From an uncultured Verrucomicrobiae bacterium (GTDB taxonomy: Bacteria > Verrucomicrobiota > Verrucomicrobiia > Chthoniobacterales > UBA10450): a stretch of 64,000 nt of DNA. The notes below the pieces were generated by a model. The model did not search any database. It saw only the letters and a program-made list of their open reading frames with translations, and was not told the DNA's origin. How positions within the stretch are numbered: position 1 is the first letter of the stretch; every line of letters starts with the position of its first letter. Made by a program: the position numbers and the translations under genes. This document shows positions 28,615-37,315 of the stretch, in pieces. The stretch lies in contig CAVTMK010000002.1 in NCBI GenBank assembly GCA_963735805.1, forward strand, positions 384,001-448,000. Direction: 5' to 3'.

Positions 28615-30750
28615 TCAGAATGTCACGGTCGCTTGATTAGAACAGGTGTTGGTGTTTCTGTTGCAGACTTGATATGTGAATGTGCCGGGAGGACGTCCTC
28701 CGATCCGATCGGTGTAAAAACCGCTGTTCCTGGGAGTCGCGATCAACACGCCGTTGCGATAAATGTCGACACGATTCGACGTTGCGCCGCTCCAGGATAA
28801 GTCGGCTCGGCGTCGCCCGTTTACCAGGTAGCCACTGGCACTTAGCGTGATTTGACCGGGTGTCGGTGTGGGTGTCACGGTCGGAGTTGCAGTGGGCGTG
28901 GGTGATGGAGTTGGCGTCGCAGTGGGAGTAGCCGTTGGAGTTGCGGTTGGTGTAGCCGTAGGCGTCACGGTGGGGGTAGGCGTAGCTGTCGGTGTAGGCG
29001 TTGCGGTCGGAGTCGCGGTGGGAGTTGCCGTAGGTGTCGGTGTAGGCGACGGCGCGCCGGTCGACTGCCTATCGTGGAACGCATCTTGCTGGGAACTACC
29101 GCCGATTGTCACGCGTCCATCAACCCAGGCATGAAGGTGCTGGCTAGCAGAGGAACTGGCATAATCATAGTCGCCCGCATAAACGGCCTGTATCCCCGGA
29201 TCAGGTTGAAGCGGAAGCGGAGTCATTACGTCTGAAAATGCATCGTCAGGCAACCAGGTCGCGCCGTTATCCGTCGACCGCCGCGCCCACATTCGATAAC
29301 ACGGTGTGCTGGGACTGGATGGCTGGCAGCTTGCCGCTGTCCTTTCTCGCTCGTCGTACCATACAGTGAGAAGGCTGCCACTCGGACTGACTGAGAGGTT
29401 AGGCTGCCACTGGGCCTTGGTGGGGTCAGTGTTGGAGTTGAGTTGAAAGGGGGCGCTAAACGTAACGCCACGGTCGGTGGAGCGAATATAGAAAACGTTA
29501 CCCGCGTCCCCAGTAGCGGTGTTCCGAGAGTCGTAGACATAGTGAACGACGCCGTTCAGAGCAGCAGGCTCACCCCAACCCATGTGTCGCCAGTAGGCCG
29601 GGTTGTTATACATGGTGGCAAAGTAACCTGAAGCACCACGCCCAGGGCCATTAAATGTTGGCCCGGTGTAGGTGTTAATCCAGGTGTTACCACCATCGGT
29701 TGACCTGAACATGAGGTTATTTCGAGTAGTAAGGCCGCCACCGTTTTCGTTCATGCCGGCCAGATATATATCTCCTGTAGCGAGATCGCCGGTGATCTGA
29801 ACGTCGCGGATGAAAGGCGTCCCGGTCGTGATCTGCCGCGCGTTGGTCCACGTAACACCGTTGTCAGTCGAATAGCGGACAAAGAGGGCGCCGCCACCAA
29901 CATTGAAATCGTTCCATGATACATACATTCGGCCATAGAATGGAGAGGAGGGGTTATTGTCTGCCCAACCCGACTCCCGATCGTCCTGCGAGTTGTTGTG
30001 AATACAGAAATGAGTCCAGCTGTTCGCGTTTGAGGGGGTAGTAGTCTTATAACCACCGAGGCCCTGAGCACCGCAACCCGCGTCGAGCCAGACAGTATAC
30101 CAGGTGCCGGTTGGCCGGTTGTACAAAATAACAGGGTCGCCAAGGGTATTGGAGAACGGGCCCTGGCCGTTCGCAGCGGTGAGCCGAGTGAACGTTGCGC
30201 CGCCGTCAGTAGAAACGGATGCGCCTGAAATGTTAATGGGAGTGGCGTTGCGGCCTCGTGAGTCGTTGTAGGCGACCAGAATTTGATTGGAATTATCCGG
30301 GTTACTGGCGGTGAATGTCTCCGACTGGGTGATATTGGGAGACGTCTGGGTGCCCGTGACCAGGTTAACGTCGTTGGAACCAAACGCCGTCGGGGCCAAC
30401 AGTTTTTTGACAGCTTGGACTAAGGCACCGAGAAAAGTAGAGGCTGACCCTCCTTGTGCCCTGCCGCACGCAATCATGATAGCTCCAGCCCGGAGGTTCT
30501 CTTGCTTGTCGATCCCCAGCTCACGAATGCGGGAACAGTCAAAACCAACAGGAACGAGGGGGTCCGCTGACTGGGTAATGATTGTGCGGTTCTGCTGCGC
30601 CTGCGCGGAGATTACGCCAAAACCTAGCAGCGCCAGAAAGACGCCAGCCAGAATAACAAACAGGCCGATTAAAACACGAAGGTTAAAAAACCCAGCTTCG
30701 CCGAGGGCACGGCGGACAGGGGCCGACTGTGGAGTGGAGTGCTGTTTCAT
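28615..30750 (-). CDS. Secreted sialidase-fold protein (paralogue of the 4689-7841 N domain) with Pro/Thr linker and small FN3-like C-terminal domain
   Basis: FDCSRIRELGIDKQENLRAGAIMIACG, DDRESGWADNNPSSPFYGRMY and AGDYDY are shared with 4689-7841; C domain DLSWSGAT..VDIYRNG...YTD...YQVC. Confidence 0.87.
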   Translation of the reverse strand: MKQHSTPQSAPVRRALGEAGFFNLRVLIGLFVILAGVFLALLGFGVISAQAQQNRTIITQSADPLVPVGFDCSRIRELGIDKQENLRAGAIMIACGRAQGGSASTFLGALVQAVKKLLAPTAFGSNDVNLVTGTQTSPNITQSETFTASNPDNSNQILVAYNDSRGRNATPINISGASVSTDGGATFTRLTAANGQGPFSNTLGDPVILYNRPTGTWYTVWLDAGCGAQGLGGYKTTTPSNANSWTHFCIHNNSQDDRESGWADNNPSSPFYGRMYVSWNDFNVGGGALFVRYSTDNGVTWTNARQITTGTPFIRDVQITGDLATGDIYLAGMNENGGGLTTRNNLMFRSTDGGNTWINTYTGPTFNGPGRGASGYFATMYNNPAYWRHMGWGEPAALNGVVHYVYDSRNTATGDAGNVFYIRSTDRGVTFSAPFQLNSNTDPTKAQWQPNLSVSPSGSLLTVWYDERERTAASCQPSSPSTPCYRMWARRSTDNGATWLPDDAFSDVMTPLPLQPDPGIQAVYAGDYDYASSSASQHLHAWVDGRVTIGGSSQQDAFHDRQSTGAPSPTPTPTATPTATPTATPTPTATPTPTVTPTATPTATPTATPTATPTPSPTPTATPTVTPTPTPGQITLSASGYLVNGRRRADLSWSGATSNRVDIYRNGVLIATPRNSGFYTDRIGGRPPGTFTYQVCNRNTNTCSNQATVTF

Positions 30751-30890
30751 GGTGGAGTTTCATTGGAGAGTGCGTGATTTTTGATCGAAACGGTTCGAAC
30801 AATCAATCATTTTATTTTGTGCCCTGGACGTGGCAGTTGTTAGCTGCGGCACGAAAAGTGCGCCCAGTCTGTGGCCTAACCCTGTGACTT

Positions 30891-32615
30891 CTACGAATCA
30901 GAGGTATCCGGCATACTTCTCGGCGGTGGCCCGTCGTAGCCGTGATTGACCGGATCGATCCGCCGCATTGGTTTCTCGCGGGTCTGTTCTTCGATCACGT
31001 GTGCCACAAGGCCGGGCGTACGGGCGATCATAAAAATGCCGTTGAACGCCGCGAGGTTCATTCCCAAGTCCGCAAGAATGGCGCCGATAGCGCCATCCAC
31101 GTTGATCGGCAGCGCTTTCTTTGCGTCCGCGAACGCTTTTTCGACAGCGCGCGCTGCTTTCATATGCGCCCCATCGACACCTGCTTCACGCGCCAACTCG
31201 AAAAGCCGCGCGGTGCGCGGATCTTTTGTGTGATAGCGGTGCCCAAATCCCGGCATCCGCTCGCCGCTTTCTCTCATCGCGGCTAGCGTACGTGTAGCGG
31301 CCTCGTCCAATGAAATGGATTCACCAGTCGCGCGATCGGCAATTGCCTTCAGCTGCCGGGCGCAATCTTCAATTGCCCCGCCGTGATGACGATTGATCGA
31401 CATGATTCCCGCAGCGACCGCCGCGCTTAACGTTGACCCGGTCGACGCGACAGTTCGCGCGGCCAACGCGCTGGGGGGCGTCGCGCCGTGATCGATCGAC
31501 GCTACCAAAATCGCATCCATCAAGCGCGCGATCGGAGGCGAAGGGAGCTCGCCGGTCAAGATCAGATAAACTGCTGCGCCAAACGAGACGCGTCCCATGA
31601 GCTCGGCAATATCGTATCCGCGCACTCCAACTCTGTTAGGTTCTACGCGGGTGATAGCAGTGGTCCATGTTGCTTTCCTGTCGGCTTCACTCATGAGACT
31701 TTGTCCTTTCGTTTGTGCGAGAATCTTGACGACGGCTTCGGGCACTTCCCCAAATGAATCGACCACAGTCGCACCGGCTTCGCGCAATGCTTTTACTTTA
31801 CCCTCGTGCGTGCCACGACCACCCTCGATGATTGCCCCGGCGTGGCTGAACCGGGTGCCTTCGCGCGCGGCTTTGCCGCCGATATAGGCAATTACTGGCT
31901 TGGTGACTTTCTTATCCACAATCAGTTGAGCCAATTCTTCCTCCTGTGAAGAACCGATTTCGCCGAAGATGACAATGGCTTCGGTGAAAGGATCAGCCTC
32001 GAACATCAGCGCCGCGTCGGGGATCCGAATTCCAAGCACGGCATCGCCGCCGATGTGCACGATGCTTGAAATGCGCACACCGGCTTGTCCAAGGTAATAT
32101 CCGGTGCTTGAAGCCATTCCGCCGGAGCGGCTGATCACTCCCACTCCCTTTGGGACACCGGGTTTGAACCATTGGCGCGCACTTTCCGCGCGGCCTCCGA
32201 TCATGCCGACCACGGCCTTCCCCGGACTCAATGCTCCAAGTGTGTTCGGCCCAAGAAACATTGCGCCATTTGCTTTTGCGGCGGCTGCGATTTCCATGGC
32301 GTCCCACACTGGAACGCGATCGGGCACCAGCACGGTGAGTTTGATTCCCGCTTCAATCGCGGAAATCGCTGCCTCCTTGATGCCTGCCGCTGGCACGAAG
32401 AGCACGGAGATATCGATGTTACCTAGCGAGTTTACGGCCTCCTGTGGCGTGTTAAACACAGGCACGCCGAGAACGGTCTGGCCGCCTTTGCCTGGGGTAA
32501 CGCCGGCGACCACATTGGTTCCATACTCGCGCATCAGCCGTGTCCGCGCACGGCCTTCGCGTCCCGTGATCCCCTGCACCAGAACGCGTTTTTTCTCGTC
32601 GATTAAGATTGCCAT
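30891..32615 (-). CDS. SucD-like CoA-ligase alpha subunit fused to a citryl-CoA lyase (citrate-synthase-like) domain; ATP-citrate lyase alpha-like
   Basis: VQGITG, GVTPGKGG, GPN, SRSGG, GEIG and HAGA (phospho-His) motifs, then DHG, HGGA, GFGHR and NVDG. Confidence 0.88.
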   Translation of the reverse strand: MAILIDEKKRVLVQGITGREGRARTRLMREYGTNVVAGVTPGKGGQTVLGVPVFNTPQEAVNSLGNIDISVLFVPAAGIKEAAISAIEAGIKLTVLVPDRVPVWDAMEIAAAAKANGAMFLGPNTLGALSPGKAVVGMIGGRAESARQWFKPGVPKGVGVISRSGGMASSTGYYLGQAGVRISSIVHIGGDAVLGIRIPDAALMFEADPFTEAIVIFGEIGSSQEEELAQLIVDKKVTKPVIAYIGGKAAREGTRFSHAGAIIEGGRGTHEGKVKALREAGATVVDSFGEVPEAVVKILAQTKGQSLMSEADRKATWTTAITRVEPNRVGVRGYDIAELMGRVSFGAAVYLILTGELPSPPIARLMDAILVASIDHGATPPSALAARTVASTGSTLSAAVAAGIMSINRHHGGAIEDCARQLKAIADRATGESISLDEAATRTLAAMRESGERMPGFGHRYHTKDPRTARLFELAREAGVDGAHMKAARAVEKAFADAKKALPINVDGAIGAILADLGMNLAAFNGIFMIARTPGLVAHVIEEQTREKPMRRIDPVNHGYDGPPPRSMPDTSDS

Positions 32616-34151
32616 TTAATGAGCGTCTCCGATCAGTTCGTTCAATCCGGGAATATCGAGTTCCAGATAGAACCCTTCAATTCCGGCAAGCCGACACTCG
32701 ACGTCGCACGCGAGCAATTCGGAATCCTTAGTGGCGAATTCTTCGTCGGGCAGCGATGGCGCGGGGACGCCTTCTCGATCGATAATCAATCCACCGGAAT
32801 GCGTTTCGATAGCACTGCGAATTTGTGGCCATTGCACGGTCTCAATCCAAAGACGGCCGTTTTTCACGGGAAAAGCAATCGTTGGAGAATCTTTGGTGAA
32901 CCTGGGTGCACGTGGGATGCGCGGCTTCCATTTTCTGCCGCTGGCGGTCTCGACAAGTTCACCAAAGCGTGCGGCGATCGCGGCGGGCGTGTCGGTCTTG
33001 CGATAACCTTCGACCGGTGCGCGAAGTAGCTTGGACATGCGATGTAAGATGTCTACCGCGCGATCTTCTGTGTTTCCACCCAGACGAATCACCGCTGGAA
33101 TATCAAGATCCAGTTCCCAAAAAGCTTTGGCCAACCCGTACGCCGACCAATATTGCTCCTGGCTGGCGACGCCGGAACCGGAACCGAAATATCCGACGAG
33201 TTGCGGCTGAGCCAGAATGATTCGCGCGGCGCGGTAGACCTTGGACGCGGACGGATTGCCGCTGGTATCGGTGAAATTAGCGATGGTGAATCCTGCGTTC
33301 ACGATGGCGTCCATCGACATCATGGAACCACCGCCGCCGGCGCCATGAAACCCGGCGAGACCTTTGGAGCCTTTGGGAGCGGCCGTCGCCAACTGTGCAA
33401 AATAAAATGTGCCGCGATGATCATTTTGTTCCACTGCATAAGCGACGCGTTCGAGAGCAGTCGGTGGATGATCGAATTCGCGCGCGATTTCTATTTCCAG
33501 TTCGGGATGACGCGCCACGGCGTAATCGTCAATCGTGATCCGGCAATCGGTTGCGAGAAACTCGCCCTTTTTGGTCAATACCAGCGGATTGATTTCCAAC
33601 GACCGCGCTTCCACGCTGCGCGCCGCCGCAAACAGGCTCCGGATCGCATCGGACAGTTGTTTGGCGTGGGCTGGTGAAAGTCCACTCGAACTGACAGCCT
33701 GGTCCACGGCGGAATCCAGAGGTCCTCGATTCACGTCGCAGGGGATGCGTCGTGTGGCGGCAGCGCGTTCTTCGATACCCGTGCCGCCGCCGGCGGCGAA
33801 GATGATCATCGGGGCGCGGGCGGCGTCATCAATGGCAAACGAAAGAAAGAATTCCCGGTCGATATCGATCTTTTCCTCAACAAGCACAGCTTCGACTGGA
33901 AACTGTCCAACTTTCATCGCCAGCATCCGCGTCGCGTGCTCGCGAACTTCATCTGTTTTTTTGGCGAACGCGACACCACCAATGCCGGCGCGGCCCGTCG
34001 TCCATGCTTGAATCTTGATGACGACTTCGCCGCCTAGCTTCGCCGCTGCCGCCATTGCCTCCTCAGCGGTTCGGGCTGGGCAGCCGCGTGGGATTTTGAA
34101 TCCGTTCGCGGCAAGAATGGCTTTGCCTTGATATTCGTGCAGTCGTGCCAT
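32616..34151 (-). CDS. SucC-like ATP-grasp CoA-ligase beta subunit with C-terminal extension
   Basis: MARLHEYQGK, GRAGIGGV, VLVEE, LEINPL, GAGGGGSM..MD and VIRLGG; abuts the alpha gene. Confidence 0.88.
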   Translation of the reverse strand: MARLHEYQGKAILAANGFKIPRGCPARTAEEAMAAAAKLGGEVVIKIQAWTTGRAGIGGVAFAKKTDEVREHATRMLAMKVGQFPVEAVLVEEKIDIDREFFLSFAIDDAARAPMIIFAAGGGTGIEERAAATRRIPCDVNRGPLDSAVDQAVSSSGLSPAHAKQLSDAIRSLFAAARSVEARSLEINPLVLTKKGEFLATDCRITIDDYAVARHPELEIEIAREFDHPPTALERVAYAVEQNDHRGTFYFAQLATAAPKGSKGLAGFHGAGGGGSMMSMDAIVNAGFTIANFTDTSGNPSASKVYRAARIILAQPQLVGYFGSGSGVASQEQYWSAYGLAKAFWELDLDIPAVIRLGGNTEDRAVDILHRMSKLLRAPVEGYRKTDTPAAIAARFGELVETASGRKWKPRIPRAPRFTKDSPTIAFPVKNGRLWIETVQWPQIRSAIETHSGGLIIDREGVPAPSLPDEEFATKDSELLACDVECRLAGIEGFYLELDIPGLNELIGDAH

Positions 34152-34309
34152 GGGCGTGTGGTATTTCGGATAAAAACGTCCAACGTTCAACCCGCCTTCG
34201 CACGAAACTGCGGCGTGCCGGGAGTCCGACTGATTCCAGGTTTGCGCTCGACTCTCGTTAGCCTGCTTGAGAGTATCCCCCGCGTCGGGGCATTTCCATG
34301 TGAATCCAT

Positions 34310-34898
34310 ATGCCTGCCGAGGTTAAAAAAGAAATTCAACTGGAAATCGGGCACGTTCTCTTCATCGACATCGTCGGTTACTCGAAGCTCTCTGTTAACG
34401 AGCAACACGCGAGAATTGAAGAACTCAACGAGATTGTTCGTTCATCCGAGCAATTCCGGAAGGCTGAAGCGGCAAGCCGAATTTTAAGGATCCCTACCGG
34501 CGACGGCATGGCGCTGGTGTTTTACAAGAGCCCGGAGGAACCGGCGCAGTGTGCGTTTGAGATCAGTCGCGCGCTTAAAGAGCATCCTCGCCTGGAAATT
34601 CGCATGGGCATTCACAGTGGGCCGGTCAGCGGTGTTTTGGACGTGACCGAGCGGACGAATGTGGCCGGCGCTGGTATCAACATCGCCCGGCGCGTGATGG
34701 ATTGTGGCGACGCCGGACATATTCTTCTTTCACATCATGTGGCCGAGGATTTGGAAAATTACGAACGCTGGCGACCATGCCTCCACGACCTCGGCCAGTG
34801 CGAAGTAAAACACGGCGTCCGTGTCCACGTAACCAATCTCTATTCGAACGAAGTTGGCAATCCGCAGCTCCCAGAAAAGTTCCAGGCACTGAGAAAAC
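34310..34898 (+). pseudogene. 3'-truncated class III adenylate/guanylate cyclase domain gene
   Basis: VLFIDIVGYS, TGDG, RMGIHSGPV, GINIARRV and VKHG motifs; sequence after about 34898 reads sensibly only in the GIY-YIG frame. Confidence 0.8.
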
Positions 34899-35171
34899 AT
34901 TACGAACAGGAACCATTCGGTTCTCTACATCGGGGTGACGAACCGCCTCTCTCGCCGAACTTACGAGCACCGCGAAGGTGCCAAGGTGGGGTTCGCAGCC
35001 AAATATCGGTGCAAAAACCTGATCTATTACGAACATTATCGCGACATCCGCGACGCGATCGCTAGAGAATCGCAATTGAAGAAATGGTCGCGAGCGAAGA
35101 AAATCGGCCTGATCAATCGATTGAACCCACGTTGGGAAGACCTTGGTGCTGACGTGTTACATGACAGATAA
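34899..35171 (+). pseudogene. 5'-truncated small GIY-YIG endonuclease gene
   Basis: ITNRNHSVLYIGVTNRLSRRTYEH...YYEHY..I.DAI.RE.QLKKWSRAKK..LI...NP.W.DL; the first Y-x-Y strand and its start are missing, with an in-frame TGA at 34890. Confidence 0.8.
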
Positions 35172-35177
35172 AATCAA

Positions 35178-35216
35178 GAGATTTCTCGACTGCGCTTCGC
35201 TACGCTCGAAATGACA
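35178..35216. repeat. TGTCAT-type palindromic repeat
   Basis: Reverse complement TGTCATTTCGAGCG...AGTCGAGAAATCTC matches 48932-48960 and, more loosely, 46357-46384. Confidence 0.7.
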
Positions 35217-35431
35217 GAACGCGCGATTGGAATGGAAACGCGTATTGCGCCCGCGAGATGCTGCCGAAGGCGACACGCTTGATCTTCATGCTGAGCCTTA
35301 TCCGTGCTTTCCGTTTAATCCTCGCCACGGCGAGCAGGCTGTGGTTCTTTTCAGACTTTGAAAAATCGTTGCTTCGCTCTCTCCGAAAGAGGCGGAACAC
35401 TGATGCAAGAATCCGAAAATCGAAAAGTTTC

Positions 35432-36247
35432 TTATCCACCGACAGCCTGATAATGGCCGAGGCCGCGTTTCCACATGAAGTTTGCCCAGGCCCACGCAAG
35501 GAACAGCCAAGCGGTCTGGATCACCAACGCTTGCACGAGGTCAGCGCCTTTCAATCGGCCGAGAAAGATCGCGACTGGACAAAACAGCTCATAATAAAAC
35601 GGCAGCCACTTCATCACGGCCTGGACTGCAGCTGGCATGATGTCGATGGGAAACATCTGGCCACCGAGGAAGTATTCGAACGAGTAAACAATGAAAACGA
35701 TGGTGGAGATTTCCAGAATCCAAAACGCCATCATCGCCAGGCTGTAAGTGATAAAGAATTGAATGAATGCCGCCATTAACATCGACACCGTGGCAAGCAC
35801 ATAGACCAGCGGATCGGCAGGCAACACGATGTACTCGCGGAAATAAATAAAGATTAACGCGATTGGCGGAAGGGTGACGAAGGTGTAAACGAGGCGGCCA
35901 CTAAGAAAGATGCTAAAACGGTATGCGAGATAACTCATTGGCTTGGTCAGAAGCGCATTGATCTGGCCTTCGCGAATATCGGCAGCGATCTGCCACTCAT
36001 CCTCCGTTGGTGAGACCAGGTTGCTGACAAGAATCGTGAGCAAGTAGTAATAAATCATCGAGCCGTAGTCGTAGCCGTGCAGCCCGCCGCCGCGCTCCTT
36101 GAACACCGCGGCCCAAAGAAACACCGTGCCAGCCAGCGGAATCAGGCCAAACAGCGCGCGCAGAAAATAATTCCACCGGTAAACGAACGTGTTCTGCAGT
36201 CCGATGTTAAAGACCGAGAGGTATTTTTCGATCTGTCCCGTGCTCAT
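35432..36247 (-). CDS. ABC-2 family transporter permease
   Basis: Six hydrophobic segments; DIREGQI..LLTKP, LGG..FPID and LPF...F.P motifs. Confidence 0.85.
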   Translation of the reverse strand: MSTGQIEKYLSVFNIGLQNTFVYRWNYFLRALFGLIPLAGTVFLWAAVFKERGGGLHGYDYGSMIYYYLLTILVSNLVSPTEDEWQIAADIREGQINALLTKPMSYLAYRFSIFLSGRLVYTFVTLPPIALIFIYFREYIVLPADPLVYVLATVSMLMAAFIQFFITYSLAMMAFWILEISTIVFIVYSFEYFLGGQMFPIDIMPAAVQAVMKWLPFYYELFCPVAIFLGRLKGADLVQALVIQTAWLFLAWAWANFMWKRGLGHYQAVGG

Positions 36248-37125
36248 CAGGATGACTTGGTGGTTAGTTCTACGGCCAGATCGATCGCTGCGATCATGCT
36301 GTCGGGACGCGCAATTTCTTTGCCGGCAAGTTCAAACGCCGTGCCGTGATCGGGACTGGTGCGAGGAAACGGAAGGCCGAGCGTCACGTTTACGCCTTCG
36401 TCAAAGGCGTGAAGTTTCAGCGGGATCAATCCCTGATCGTGATACATGCAAAGCACCGCATCGAATTCGCCTTCAATTGCGCGATGAAAAACTGTGTCGG
36501 GGGAAAGCGGGCCAACGATTCTCGATTCTCCATTCTCGATTCTCGATTGAAGCTCGGACACTGCGGGACTTATGACTTCAATTTCCTCCCGGCCAAGCTT
36601 GCCGGATTCGCCGGCATGCGGGTTCAGCCCGGCGACGGCGATGCGAGGCTCGGTTAGGGATCGTGAACAAAGGAAATCTGCGAGTAAAAGACCGACCCGG
36701 ACGATCTCCGATTGCTTGAGCCCGTTTGCGACTTTGCGCAGCGGAAGATGGGCCGTGACAAGCGCGACGGTGATTTTTCCGCCGGTCAGACACATCGCGA
36801 AATTCTTGACGCCGCAGCGCTCCGCAAAAAATTCCGTTTGGCCCGGGAACCTGAAACCGACTTCGTACATCCGGGCTTTGTGGATTGGGGCGGTTACAAT
36901 TGCATCGAGCTCACCGCGACGCGCCAGGGTGACCGCTTCTTCAAGTGCGACTGCGGCGGCACGCGCAGTTTCCTGCGTTGGCTGTCCGGGCTGGCAATCA
37001 GGATATTTACCGACAACCTCGTATTCGGCTGTTTTCGGGAGCCGGCCAGATTTGAGCGCGAAATCGACAATCTCCGGTCCTATCCCGGCGCAATCGCCAA
37101 GCGTGATGCCAATGCGAGGCTGCAT
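36247..37125 (-). CDS. pdxA: 4-hydroxythreonine-4-phosphate dehydrogenase
   Basis: GD.AGIGPE, TAPIHK, GLNPHAGE, MYHDQG and RTSPDHGTA motifs. Confidence 0.95.
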   Translation of the reverse strand: MQPRIGITLGDCAGIGPEIVDFALKSGRLPKTAEYEVVGKYPDCQPGQPTQETARAAAVALEEAVTLARRGELDAIVTAPIHKARMYEVGFRFPGQTEFFAERCGVKNFAMCLTGGKITVALVTAHLPLRKVANGLKQSEIVRVGLLLADFLCSRSLTEPRIAVAGLNPHAGESGKLGREEIEVISPAVSELQSRIENGESRIVGPLSPDTVFHRAIEGEFDAVLCMYHDQGLIPLKLHAFDEGVNVTLGLPFPRTSPDHGTAFELAGKEIARPDSMIAAIDLAVELTTKSS

Positions 37126-37315
37126 GGCGCATCTTCATCAACAGATCGCCGCGTAGCAAGCGCGGGTGATTACGGTCATTACAAGTGCACATTATTCGAC
37201 CGCGTTTCGGAGTGCTGGGTGCCCGGCCTTTTTCAACCTTGGAAAATTGCGTCCGCTGTTTTGTGCGAAGATGCCGTTGATTTTCCCCGCACTTTAAGGA
37301 AAACTGCTTGCCGGT

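Noticed and set aside
640..29050. Pro/Thr linker DNA as a CRISPR array or non-coding tandem repeat
   Set aside because: It shows codon-level degeneracy, has no constant repeat with unique spacers, and no cas genes are present.
556..29134. Many (VG/VA)n-rich ORFs antisense to array genes (e.g. 3170-3457, 12795-13112, 14549-14893, 28868-29134)
   Set aside because: They are reverse-strand shadows of the Pro/Thr linker codons.
4689..30750. Calling the BNR proteins true sialidases or xyloglucanases
   Set aside because: Asp-boxes show the fold only; catalytic residues could not be verified by eye.
34899..35065. C-terminal 55 aa of ORF 34310-35065 as a genuine domain
   Set aside because: It is the off-frame translation of the GIY-YIG remnant.
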